Positions 32,270 through 42,643 of a stretch of 64,000 nt of DNA are shown here, piece by piece (the first letter of the stretch is position 1; the number at the start of each line of letters is the position of its first letter). The stretch is from Oligoflexia bacterium (GTDB taxonomy: Bacteria; Bdellovibrionota; UBA1018). The notes under the pieces were generated by a model, which saw only the letters and a list, made by a program, of their open reading frames with translations, was not told where the DNA came from and searched no databases. The stretch spans positions 128,001-192,000 of the forward strand of contig CAVWVI010000003.1 in the NCBI GenBank assembly GCA_963758495.1, read 5' to 3'. The position numbers and the translations under genes are program-made.

Positions 32270-33715
32270 ATGAAACCTTTATTCAAAACCTTAATTTTGT
32301 CACAAATATTCATCTTTTTGTCCGCACCTGTTTTCGCAGGTTCTCCAATAGCAATTGGAATTCAAGCTGGACAAGCTGAACTTAAATCCTTTATCACCGA
32401 TGCTGAAACAACGCTAGGCGCGGTTTCAATTTTGCAAGATCATACTGGCAAATTTGAAAATGATAATATGTTTGTCCAACTCTACAATTCAGCATTTAAC
32501 ATTGAAAAACTAAAACTGGTGAACAGGGATGTCTACATCGTTCTTCCATCCCGACTGAGTTTTGACTCACTCATGGAGACGCTCATCAAAATTCGAGCTG
32601 CAAGAACATTGGGTGCAAAGCAACTCTATGTTTCAAGTGAGTCTCTCTTAAAAGACGTCGTCATCGAAGGAGACTTGGGGAACGAATTGAATCTAGAGGA
32701 ATTCATTACTGCCGCCGGAGCTGATTCCGTATTCGAAAATCACCATTTTAGAGAAATGCCTAGGAAATTACCTAGGAAATTAGAAGAAATCAAACCTTTA
32801 AAGAATTCCGTGACCCAAGCTGATTACTGGGTGGGTGGCTCAAATCATCCTGAACTACTCAATCAAGTCGCCGCAATACTCGGTAAAAAAGCTTACTCAT
32901 TTGAAGAACTGAGAACAAATTCAGACTTATTAAAAGGCCGCAAAATTTATTGGATTGCAGCACCTATCACACCCGTCAATGAAAACTTTTTTAATACCTT
33001 AGCCCAAATCCGCTGGTTAGAGCATCACGGCGCCTCTGTCCACCTGATCACCCCTTACTTGCCCTATGCCAGATCAGATAAACCTGAATTTAATATGGGG
33101 GTAACAACTCAGGGTAGATTAGTGGCGGACCTGATCGAAGCTGTTGGAACCCAAGGCATTACAGTCGTTCGTGCCCATGCTCCTCAGTCTTTAGGATTCT
33201 TTAAAATTTATTCTAAAGAAATTTCTGGAAGATCTACAATTGTTGATTATTTAAAATCCCAAGAGGTAGAATGCGTGATCTCTCCCGATGCAGGATTTCA
33301 AAAAGATGCGACTCAATATCAATTTGAACTGCGTCAATCTTATGGGGGTCAAAAATCCGTTCGCTTAACAGTGATGAATAAGGAAAGAAACTCGGATGGC
33401 AAAGAAACCCTTCATGGTGGCACTGGACTTGAAAATATTGAAGGGAAAAAAGTTGTCATTATCGATGACGAAACCTCGTCGGGAGGAACCCTTCATCAAG
33501 TGGCTCAATTCATACAGAACTATCACCCGAAAAGTGTTTTTGCTGTAGTCACGCACTTGGCAGGTCCCGCACAAAAAAGCATCCATTCGCATTCTATCCA
33601 GAAAATTATTGTAACCAATACGCTCCCAATTGGTGTGAGTCATTCAAAACTCAGTGTACTCTCAATTGCCCCTGAGCTTGCGGAAGATATCCAGCTTTCA
33701 GAAAGCAATCGGTAA
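32270..33715 (+). CDS. signal-peptide-bearing ribose-phosphate pyrophosphokinase-like protein
   Basis: PYLPYARSDK, SPDAG, IIDDETSSGGTL, VTH, VTNT; signal peptide ending VFA. Confidence 0.82.
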   Translation: MKPLFKTLILSQIFIFLSAPVFAGSPIAIGIQAGQAELKSFITDAETTLGAVSILQDHTGKFENDNMFVQLYNSAFNIEKLKLVNRDVYIVLPSRLSFDSLMETLIKIRAARTLGAKQLYVSSESLLKDVVIEGDLGNELNLEEFITAAGADSVFENHHFREMPRKLPRKLEEIKPLKNSVTQADYWVGGSNHPELLNQVAAILGKKAYSFEELRTNSDLLKGRKIYWIAAPITPVNENFFNTLAQIRWLEHHGASVHLITPYLPYARSDKPEFNMGVTTQGRLVADLIEAVGTQGITVVRAHAPQSLGFFKIYSKEISGRSTIVDYLKSQEVECVISPDAGFQKDATQYQFELRQSYGGQKSVRLTVMNKERNSDGKETLHGGTGLENIEGKKVVIIDDETSSGGTLHQVAQFIQNYHPKSVFAVVTHLAGPAQKSIHSHSIQKIIVTNTLPIGVSHSKLSVLSIAPELAEDIQLSESNR

Positions 33716-33831
33716 ATGGGTCCTCTAAAGAAGTTCCTAAGTATCTCTATTCGCGGTTGAGAAACATCACCGATGCACAATCAACACATGAAAGAAACCT
33801 CTAGGCAGGTCTGGGGACTGGGCGCACAAAT

Positions 33832-33867
33832 GAAAAAGCCCGTCGTTTAATTACGACAGGCTTTTTC
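33832..33867. terminator. bidirectional intrinsic terminator
   Basis: GAAAAAGCCCGTCG...CGACAGGCTTTTTC between convergent genes. Confidence 0.75.
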
Positions 33868-33923
33868 CTGGAACAACACGTTCCGTTTATTCGCAAACTT
33901 CTAGATAGACGGAACTATGAGAA

Positions 33924-36017
33924 TTAGATCTGAGCTCTTAAACCCACCGTAACGGCACGACCGGGTAACGGTACCCCAGCAGGTGGATTAAAATCAAAAG
34001 CCGATGACTCGAAATTTTTGATATCAAACAGATCTTGAACACTGAAGGTAAGCCGCATATCAGAAGCATGCATACCTACGTAATTTCCGCAGTTCCATGC
34101 TAGACTGACATCGGTCCTGAAGAAATCATTCATTTTTGTGGGAGTTCCAGCCAACTCACCTGAACCCGAATAACGATAGATTTCGTGTCGGTTAACCACA
34201 AACGTAGTCAGTCCGATACTCGGCACATCATATCCAAGACCCCAATTTACAATAAATCGAGGGAATGCATCAAGCACTTTTGGAGTCGGTTGTAATTCCT
34301 CACTTCTTACATAAGAGATATTTCCGAAGGAATTAAAATTATTATATACATATTTTCCTTCGAACTCAGCCCCATAAGACTGCAATTGAGCAACGTTCTG
34401 GGCTATTATGGTTCCAGTCTGACCTATCGGGATCAATGTAACTCCGTCCTGCCAGTTATTAAAGAATCCTGTGCCGGTGAACGTCCATTCCTTTGAGTGT
34501 TTCATGAAAATTAACTCTAGGGTATCGATCACTTCAGGATTCAAGTTTGGATTACCGACTTGCGTTCCACCCCCATAGAGTTCTAAAGCAGAAGGTGCTC
34601 GAAACGCATTTCCGTAAAGCAATTTAGCAACAGTATCTTCTGCTAAATGATAAATAAGGCCAGTTCTCGGACTAAAATGTGTACCAAAATCAGAGTAAAA
34701 GTCGTATCTTCCCCCAAGTAATAAATGTAATTTATTATCAAATAGCCCCGTATCAGTTTCCCCAAACACTCCATTGACCGTACGTGACTTTTCTATATAT
34801 GTAGCGGGGATAGGTTGATCAACACTCCCCGAATCTCCTCCTATTGGAACAGAGTATCGTAGCGAATATCCAAGGCCAAATTGAACGGGGAAGCTCTCTT
34901 CCGCAGGTCTCTTAAGAATCATATTCAATCCGTAAGCTCGCTCCACTTGTGAGATCAGTTGAAGAGGAGGCTGAGACGGACCATTATTCGTACCACTTGT
35001 CACAGAACTACGTCCGTACATGTAAAATGCTGTAGGATTAAATTCAAATTTATTTCCCACATCAAATTTACTGGTTAATTTGGCAACTTGCCCATTCGCA
35101 TCATCTTGACTTTCCGTTACTTCGTTAAATGTAAAAGTTGATACATTAAAATATCGAATGAACGGATAGCCTTGTGACGTATATTGATTTAACAAATATT
35201 CTGCTTCAGTATTTTTATATTTTGCCTTTAGCAGCAATCCAGATGAATTATATTTTCTCTCTAAATTGTAAGTATTTTGTTGATATGGAAAAAGAACATT
35301 TGATCCGAGTTCATCGGAAACCGAATATGCAGCAGTAATACGCAGATCGGGAATAACTTCCTTACTCGCTTTAATACTAGCCTGAGTGTATCCAAAACTG
35401 CCATACCTCACATTACCGATAGCAGTATCTGTTTCTGGACTCCAGGTTTTTAGAGAAATCACTCCCTGAAACGCGTCCGAACCGTAGAGCGCTGAACCTG
35501 GACCCCTAATCATTTCCAAACGATCCAATAAGGAAGTCTCAATATTTGGGAATTCCAATATAGAATTACTATTTACAAAGCCGTTTAATGAAATTCCATC
35601 AAGGAGCATTGCTTTCCCATTCGATACAGCCGAGGTCTGTGGAAAACCCCTAACGCCAATCCCAGGACCCGCTCCAAAGGTGCCATCCCAATATTCAACT
35701 CCCGGGACCACAGTAATTGCCTGCAAGGTCTTTCGTGTGCCTAACTTCTCCCACATATTTGGATCAATGACACTGACGCTCGATCCTGCATCTAATTCAG
35801 ATTGACTAAACATGGACGCCACGTCCACTTTAAGATTGAAGATATCACTTAGACTCAAATCACCGATTTTTTCTTCTTCGCTGGACCGTTTTAAAACATG
35901 GTCCTCAACTTTACTGTCTGTTTTTTCTTCAGCAAAAAGATCATAGCCTTGGAAACCAAAGCTCAATACACTTCCGATAAAATTTAGAATAAATACCCCA
36001 ATAACTTTTTGTCGCAT
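33924..36017 (-). CDS. TonB-dependent receptor
   Basis: Plug (LEMIRGPGSALYGSDAF.GVI), GNAFRAPS, NPNLNPE, C-terminal beta strand. Confidence 0.92.
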   Translation of the reverse strand: MRQKVIGVFILNFIGSVLSFGFQGYDLFAEEKTDSKVEDHVLKRSSEEEKIGDLSLSDIFNLKVDVASMFSQSELDAGSSVSVIDPNMWEKLGTRKTLQAITVVPGVEYWDGTFGAGPGIGVRGFPQTSAVSNGKAMLLDGISLNGFVNSNSILEFPNIETSLLDRLEMIRGPGSALYGSDAFQGVISLKTWSPETDTAIGNVRYGSFGYTQASIKASKEVIPDLRITAAYSVSDELGSNVLFPYQQNTYNLERKYNSSGLLLKAKYKNTEAEYLLNQYTSQGYPFIRYFNVSTFTFNEVTESQDDANGQVAKLTSKFDVGNKFEFNPTAFYMYGRSSVTSGTNNGPSQPPLQLISQVERAYGLNMILKRPAEESFPVQFGLGYSLRYSVPIGGDSGSVDQPIPATYIEKSRTVNGVFGETDTGLFDNKLHLLLGGRYDFYSDFGTHFSPRTGLIYHLAEDTVAKLLYGNAFRAPSALELYGGGTQVGNPNLNPEVIDTLELIFMKHSKEWTFTGTGFFNNWQDGVTLIPIGQTGTIIAQNVAQLQSYGAEFEGKYVYNNFNSFGNISYVRSEELQPTPKVLDAFPRFIVNWGLGYDVPSIGLTTFVVNRHEIYRYSGSGELAGTPTKMNDFFRTDVSLAWNCGNYVGMHASDMRLTFSVQDLFDIKNFESSAFDFNPPAGVPLPGRAVTVGLRAQI

Positions 36018-36143
36018 AGCTACTCCCCATTTTGTAATTGAATTAGATTGAATTAAAATATTTTATATTTCAAATAAAATATTCAAAATTTTGTTTATTA
36101 TTAAAGAATATGAAATTGTAGAGAATCATCTGAAGAGAAGAAT

Positions 36144-36883
36144 TCACTTGGATTGAAAGTGTTCCTTTTCCCAAATTGCCGCTTTCACTCCAACCGCGAG
36201 AGTGGCAAGTTTTCCCGTACCCCAAAAATGGACAAAAATCAGCCTAGGTTTCTCTTGGGTCAGGTGGGTATGAATCGACACGATTTGTATCTTTGCCGCG
36301 ATCAAATCTTTGAGCACATAAGGCAGCTCAAACTCCAACGTAGCGATGTCTCCATTAACAACCGCGTATTCAGCACTTCCACTGAAAGCCGCCCAACTAT
36401 TTACGCCTGTAGGCTCGTCTAATTCTTGTCCCTCAAGAGAGGTCCCTCGGCCGACGCTGACGCGAAATACACCATCAGACATCTTTCCTTTCCAAAGAAG
36501 GGACTCCAAAGTTTTCACATTGAATGTACTCTTGAGTGGATCTAAATAAATGGTTTTTGGCTTTTCGATCTTAATTTGATTTTCAGAAATATCTGCCAAA
36601 AGCTTACCCATAGCTTTCGACAAAGCCTCTTGAGTGCCCAAACCCTCAAAATGTAGTGACATGATTCGAGAAGAGTCCATAAGGAACCTGTTGTGCAAGG
36701 ACGTAACGACAATACCGGAGTCGATCACAGATCGAAGAACCCCGTTCACTTCTTCTTCCCGTAACGGGATGTCTCCAAGCAATACTGCATGTTGCTGCGT
36801 TCCCGTAAGAGTCATCCATGCCGTCAAGCCCAAGTCGGGTGTGACTTGTACCCCGTTCACATGGGTGTTGAGATCAGGTCTTA
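36144..36883 (-). pseudogene. DUF1259 (LppY/LpqO-like) gene, probably 5'-truncated
   Basis: Two repeats (GD.....EE/FE...V, SLHNR/SIHTH, FVHFWG); frame begins at RPDLNTHVNGV with no signal peptide or RBS. Confidence 0.6.
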
Positions 36884-38194
36884 ATTGAGACCCAACCCTC
36901 TTGAGCCTGACACGTCAAACCAGTTCAGGAAAACATCAGTTGCATTGAGTTCAGCCGCTTTCCTTAAGAAATAAAGCTGTGATAGCTCAAAAGAATTGAC
37001 GATGGCTAATTCTGCATACTTTTCCATTGCGAGATTCAACTCTGTAGACTCGAGAACCCCAATATCCTTGGCACGAGAAGTTTCATCTCCTAAAATGACT
37101 TCTTCTACAGCAAGTGGATTTTGATATCCAAGAAGTTGTGAGATTTGAAACCGATCATGGCAATAATGGCCGTCGGCCTTGCGAAGACTTACATTTAAAT
37201 CATTCAATGCAATCTGAATGGTTAAAATTGAATTCTCATCAAAATAACCCTCCTTCTGGAGTTGACGGGCACTTTCGAGCGAATTTTCAATTTGAATTTG
37301 TAATTCTTTTAATTCATTTCTTAACTCCAAATGAGTTTTGAAGAAAAGTGCGTGAATTTGCAACGCCAAGATCGAATTAGATTTAGCTATAGTATAACTT
37401 ATATTTTCAACTCTGGAATGCCATACAGGCTCCTTGGCCTTTAACCACCGAGTTGGAAACAGAAAAGGGACAAAATCTCCCAATGACCTTCTCGCCTTAG
37501 GGACTCCCTTTGCCACGGATAATCCCATGACAATTGCTGAGCCCAAACTAGGATGCGGTAGTAAATTGAGATAGTTTTTATTTGCGCTTTCTTTGGCACG
37601 AATGAACTCTTGAAAAGATTCTTGAATATCAAAGTCTCGTTTAAAAAGACGATCAATCGCTTCTGGAATTGTAAAAGTAAATGATCCTTCCTCGTTAGAG
37701 AAAGTAGAACTTGCCAAGGATTCAGTTTTAAAAGGAGACGAATCGCTAGCCACGGCTCCATATAATTTCATTTTCAAAACACCAGAATATTTGTCTTTGA
37801 CAGTCAGAGTAAAACTAAAATCATTATGACAAAATTCTGTGAGATAAAGCTCTGTTCCGACAAAACAACTTGGATCTTTCGCTATTTTTTTTAAATGAAT
37901 CATTCGTCTTCTCAGATCAGGAATAACCAAATCATAGTGGTTAGCATTGATCTTCTCAATATTTAGAGACCGTAAAATAGTCTGACCCTTCAATGTTTTA
38001 ATATGAGCGACAGCTTTTGATCCGAACGTGTTTAAATTCAACTCGATTTGAACGGGTTGATCTTGCAAAGTATCTACGCCTGATACCCCGTCGATAGACA
38101 GATTTCCACGAAAGTGTTGATTTCCACAACCCACAAGTCCAAAAACCAAAACCCCAGCTATGAAATACTGTAATTTATGACATGGAAGCATCAT
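36881..38194 (-). CDS. lipoprotein with TolC-like region, probably 3'-truncated
   Basis: Lipobox LVGC; OEP-like helices (NYLNLLPHPSL); stops abruptly at the junction with the DUF1259 fragment. Confidence 0.55.
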   Translation of the reverse strand: MMLPCHKLQYFIAGVLVFGLVGCGNQHFRGNLSIDGVSGVDTLQDQPVQIELNLNTFGSKAVAHIKTLKGQTILRSLNIEKINANHYDLVIPDLRRRMIHLKKIAKDPSCFVGTELYLTEFCHNDFSFTLTVKDKYSGVLKMKLYGAVASDSSPFKTESLASSTFSNEEGSFTFTIPEAIDRLFKRDFDIQESFQEFIRAKESANKNYLNLLPHPSLGSAIVMGLSVAKGVPKARRSLGDFVPFLFPTRWLKAKEPVWHSRVENISYTIAKSNSILALQIHALFFKTHLELRNELKELQIQIENSLESARQLQKEGYFDENSILTIQIALNDLNVSLRKADGHYCHDRFQISQLLGYQNPLAVEEVILGDETSRAKDIGVLESTELNLAMEKYAELAIVNSFELSQLYFLRKAAELNATDVFLNWFDVSGSRGLGLN

Positions 38195-38327
38195 GTTACT
38201 TTTCTCAAAAGGTGTGAATGGAGGATTTGCTCACGCCCCTTTTAAAAACTAATTCTAAATAAAAGGCTAAATACTTCATGAAAATCATCGCGTCAATTTA
38301 AAGATGATACTGATTCTCAATTTTATT

Positions 38328-38480
38328 TTACCTATTTCGTACAGTCTGCTCCACGGCACTTTTGATATCTGAATAACGAAATACAAACCCGGTATTCTCT
38401 AGTTTTTTTGAAACGACTCTCTGGGAACTCAAGAGGACCGTCGACATTTCACCTAATGCTAATCGCAATGCGAAAGCAGG
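38328..38480 (-). pseudogene. 3' fragment of a TIGR01777/YfcH-type epimerase, cut by the ISCR-like element
   Basis: PAFALRLALGEMSTVLLSSQRV..KKLENTGFVFRY matches the family C-terminus; directly abuts the element end. Confidence 0.8.
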
Positions 38481-39782
38481 GCGGATAAGGAAATTAAAGC
38501 ATAAGTCAGCGCAGAAAATCTCCCACTTGGCAGCATAACCTGGCAACGAAGTCCAATAGCTGACGATCGATGATCGGACTCGTAGGCCCGAAACGGGACC
38601 GCTCCGAGCCTGTTTTGGATAATGAGGGCAAGGGAGTGCCGATCGCATAAAGGATGCTTAGATAGGGGAGAGTTTTGAGCCTGGCCCGGTCAGGTAAAGC
38701 TCATTTGCGGTAAAAAACGGGATGGGGCAACATCGGGAGGCTTGGAGGGCAAGTCCAGATGATCGAGGATCTTCTTGATCGCGCTGGTTTCCAGGATCGC
38801 AGCGATGGGCTTTAGGTCACCATGACACTTGGGGCAATGGGCCATGTCGATGGCAAATACGCGAGCCAGGAGTTCTGCCCATCCTCTGCGACGCTTTTTC
38901 TGGGGCGAGGGAGTAGTCTCGGATGCTGCGATGACTCGGGTCTTTTCGGAAGTCTCCTCTTTTTTGGGCACGATGGTGGAACGAATCTTGGAGTGAGGTG
39001 CGAGGCAGCCAAAGAATCTTGTCAGATGAATTCGAGGTGCGGGCACAAGTGCGGCGAGCTTTTCGACAAACTCCAGTCCTGAGAAGAGCAGATGGCTAGT
39101 GCCATCGGAGTAAGGATGTTTGAGCTTGCGCACCACATCTCCAGAAGCACGAAGTTGGAGGCGCTCCTCGGCGACAGCGGGTCTTGTGATATAACGGCAC
39201 AACTTTTCAAGCTTACTTTTTTCCCCAGGTGCGCAATAGACCTCCGCGTGGAGCGAAAACCCGGCAACTACCGCGCAGAGCGGGCTTTTGAGTTCGGCTT
39301 GGAAGTCCCCAAATTCTCCGAAACCACCGCTACCCAGGCGCCGGACTCTTTGGCCTTTGCGTTCCCCCAGGGCAATTCGTGATTGGACCGAGGCAGCCTG
39401 AAGTTCTGGAAGAAGTTCCTCTTGGGTCATGTCCTCGTCGGGGACAGCGAAGTCGACTTCGTCTTGGATGTAGCCCCTTTTTTTCAGCAAACGGATTACC
39501 CGTTTGGCGAGCGTCAGGACCAGGGCTTGGATCTCGCCATCAGTCGGAGGATCAACCCACCAGTAACGTGGGCCTTGATGGGTTTCGTAGAATCCTCCTT
39601 CTAGGAAAAGCATGTGGTAGTGGATGTTCAGATTGAGACTTCCGCCAAATCTTTGGATGAGAGTGACGGCACCAGGCTGGAGTTTGGCCTTGAGCCCCTT
39701 TTTCTCGGCTTTCTTCCTGATGAATGCGGTGATAGCCCGATGGATGAGGGTGAGACAACTGGCCTGGATTTTGGGGTTCTTG
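38481..39782 (-). mobile_element. ISCR/IS91-like element copy A, 5'-truncated
   Basis: Near-identical to copy B from its ori end to the KNPKIQ codons; lacks the transposase zinc-binding N-terminus. Confidence 0.92.
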
Positions 39783-40203
39783 TCGATCTCTTTGGTTCGT
39801 TCCAGCGCTTTTCGGTGTTTAAAAAGTTCTACAAAAATAGATACCTTGCTCCGAACAATGACAGGGTTAAGTGGTTTTAAAAGGTAATCGACGGCTCCTG
39901 TTTCATAGCCCATAAAGATATCGGATTCTCCTTGCAGGTAAGCACTCGCGAAAATAATAGGTATGAACTTGGTGTGCTCGTCCAGGCGGTAATTTTCGCA
40001 AGTTCAAAGCCGTTCATTTCAGGCATATTAACATCAAGAAGGATGCACGCATATTCTGTTTCCAGCAGCTTTGCTAAAGCTTCATTGCCGGAAGCAGCTG
40101 TTGCGATTCCAAACTCTGAGGATTTCAGGACCTTTTTTAGAGAGAAAAGGTTTGCTGGATTGTCATCAACAATCAGGATCATTACTGCGGCATGGATATT
40201 CAT
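39783..40203 (-). pseudogene. frameshifted partial duplicate of the REC-histidine kinase gene, fused to the copy A transposase
   Basis: Paralogous to ~41563-41983; 1-bp deletion near 39990; joins the transposase in frame (ERTKEID/KNPKIQ). Confidence 0.85.
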
Positions 40204-40385
40204 CTACTCTCCTTCAAAGGTCTTCTTAAGCAGGTCTTCTCAAGCAGGCCTTAACAATGACCATGAAATATGCACAAACTTCTCTTCGTCCAGAATTTTT
40301 GAATGGCCAATTGGGAGACCCACCTTTTGGTATCTGGTGAAGAAAATGACCGCCCGCAGCTGCTTCACCCACTTCAACCCTACAA

Positions 40386-40793
40386 TTACTTTCCCAACAT
40401 CATAAAAATATCAATATACTCATGAATAGAAGAAGGCTTAACAATATAGCCTTTTGCTCCTACCGTCTTAGCCATAACCCTATCCTCTGGAGAATCAGAA
40501 TTAGTGAGCATCAAAAAAGTGGGTACATCTTGAAAATCCGGCATATTTTTTGTGGCCTTTATTACTTCAAAGCCTGTCATCATAGGCATATTGATGTCTA
40601 TCAGGACCACTTCGGGCATTTGGAATTCACCCAGTTTAAATTTGGCCAGGTATTGCAAAAATTCCTCACCGGAATTAAATGCGCGCCACTTATTCAAAAA
40701 TTGACACTTTTCAAAAGATCTTTTTGCGATCTCAATATCAATATCATTATCATCCACTATAAAGATTTCTCTGCCACTACCGATGGTATTCAT
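40386..40793 (-). CDS. single-domain response regulator
   Basis: IVDDN, IDINMP, LTNS, YIVKP. Confidence 0.9.
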   Translation of the reverse strand: MNTIGSGREIFIVDDNDIDIEIAKRSFEKCQFLNKWRAFNSGEEFLQYLAKFKLGEFQMPEVVLIDINMPMMTGFEVIKATKNMPDFQDVPTFLMLTNSDSPEDRVMAKTVGAKGYIVKPSSIHEYIDIFMMLGK

Positions 40794-41983
40794 TTTTGTT
40801 CCTCAAATGGACTTGATTGAGTTGGATTCGGAGACGATGTAGGAAACTTAATTTTAAACTCTGTCCAGTTCTCAGCGGATTCAGGCCAAATTGCTCCCCC
40901 GTGAACTTCAACAATTCTCTTGCAGATATAGAGACCAATTCCGGTCCCCTCTTTTGAAGAAAACCGTTTAAAGGGTAAGAAGATTTTATCGCGCTCAGAT
41001 TCCTTCACTGTAGAACCAGTGTTTTTAACACTAACAATCATAGTTTTATCATTAATAAATAGTTGATGTGTTATATAGATGCATGTGCCATTCGAGCCAT
41101 GTTTGATTGCGTTGGAAATTAAATTTTTAAATAGTTGAGTCAAGAGAATTTCTTGTCCCATTAACCGAGGCATTGGACCCACATTCACTTTGATCGCTTG
41201 CTTGGCTATTTCATCCTGAAATCCCTGGAGTACAGAATTAACAAGAGGACCTAAATTAACGTCGCCAAAATCCAAAGACACACCATCAACATCTGTGATA
41301 TATTGAAGGGCTGAAATCAGTGAATCTAGCCTCAATACATGCTCTTTTAACCCCACCAGTCTTTGCCGGCCCTCCTTATTGAGAAGCGTCTCAAAATCAC
41401 CGATGATAAGATCAATAAGTAAGGATATTCTCCTCGTGGGTTCTCTCAAGTCATGCGCTGCTGCGTGTGCGAACTGCTCAAGATCATTTTTATTTTGCAA
41501 AAGCTTCTTATTCGCGCCGTCAAGCTGCTTGATTAGTTTTTCGAGATGCCGATTGAGCTCCTCGACCTCTTTGGTTCGTTCCAGCGCCTTTCGGTGTTTA
41601 AAAAGTTCTACAAAAATGGATACTTTGCTCCGAACAATAACAGGGTTAAGTGGTTTCAAAAGGTAATCGACGGCTCCTGTTTCATAGCCCTTAAAGATAT
41701 CGTTTTCTCCTTGTTGGTGAGCGCTCGCGAAAATAATAGGTAGGAACTTGGTGTGATCGTCCTCACGGATAATTTTCGCAAGTTCAAAGCCGCTCATTTC
41801 AGGCATATTGACATCAAGAAGGATGCATGCATACTCTGTTTCCAACAGCTTTGCTAAAGCCTCGTTCCCGGATGGAGCTGTTTCGATTCCAAACTCTGAG
41901 GATTTCAGGACCTTTTCTAGAGAGAAAAGGTTTGCTGGATTGTCATCAACAATCAGGATCTTTACTGTCGCATGGATATTCAT
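40790..41983 (-). CDS. REC + histidine kinase hybrid
   Basis: Receiver domain, AHDLREP, NLISNAIKH, GTGIGL. Confidence 0.92.
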   Translation of the reverse strand: MNIHATVKILIVDDNPANLFSLEKVLKSSEFGIETAPSGNEALAKLLETEYACILLDVNMPEMSGFELAKIIREDDHTKFLPIIFASAHQQGENDIFKGYETGAVDYLLKPLNPVIVRSKVSIFVELFKHRKALERTKEVEELNRHLEKLIKQLDGANKKLLQNKNDLEQFAHAAAHDLREPTRRISLLIDLIIGDFETLLNKEGRQRLVGLKEHVLRLDSLISALQYITDVDGVSLDFGDVNLGPLVNSVLQGFQDEIAKQAIKVNVGPMPRLMGQEILLTQLFKNLISNAIKHGSNGTCIYITHQLFINDKTMIVSVKNTGSTVKESERDKIFLPFKRFSSKEGTGIGLYICKRIVEVHGGAIWPESAENWTEFKIKFPTSSPNPTQSSPFEEQK

Positions 41984-42058
41984 CTCTTTCCCTTCAAAGG
42001 TCTTCTCAAGCAGGTCTTAAAAAGACTAGCAGATTTTTTAAAAACAAATAAACCTAAA

Positions 42059-42643
42059 TCAACTGGGGCTATAAGGTCCTGACTTCAAAAAAACTGAGTT
42101 AAGAAGTGCACTAATTTCTTCTACTGGAAGAGTGTAGTCAGGGTTGGTCCTTTTTAAAGCGGAGGACGGCATTTCCTTAGCTTCCGCAGTATTCGGGTCC
42201 TGCACAATCGTGAGCCCCCCTCTGTCATGAATTCTTTTCAATCCCGCTGACCCGTCGGCATTCGATCCCGTCAGGATGACGCCTATTAATTCCGGCCCAA
42301 ACGCATCTGCGGCCGATTCAAATAGCACGTCTATTGAAGGACGTGAGTTATTTACCTTTTCATCGACTGAAAAGGAAAATGCAGCGTTGCTTTCAATTAT
42401 CAGATGGTAGCCAGACGGAGCAACATAGATCCACCCGGCCTGAAGGAGTTCCTTGTCATCGGCTTCCTTTATGGGATGTCGGGTCTTTTGACTAAGGACG
42501 CTTGCTAGGCTTGAATTGGCCGCGACATGTTGCACGATGACAATAGGTATTAAGAAGTCCTCTGCCAGTCGCGAAAGAATAATTTCGAGCGCTTTTAAGC
42601 CTCCTGCCGAACTTCCAATGACCACAGCTCGATAAGTCTTCAT
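42059..42643 (-). CDS. cheB: CheB-type methylesterase (catalytic domain only)
   Basis: GSSAGG, VQH, RPSIDVLF, LTGSNADG. Confidence 0.92.
   Translation of the reverse strand: MKTYRAVVIGSSAGGLKALEIILSRLAEDFLIPIVIVQHVAANSSLASVLSQKTRHPIKEADDKELLQAGWIYVAPSGYHLIIESNAAFSFSVDEKVNNSRPSIDVLFESAADAFGPELIGVILTGSNADGSAGLKRIHDRGGLTIVQDPNTAEAKEMPSSALKRTNPDYTLPVEEISALLNSVFLKSGPYSPS

Noticed and set aside
38328..38648. ORF MRSALPCPHY..., repeated at 47073 and 63582
   Set aside because: Reading frame across the non-coding ori end of the element; its tail changes with each flank.
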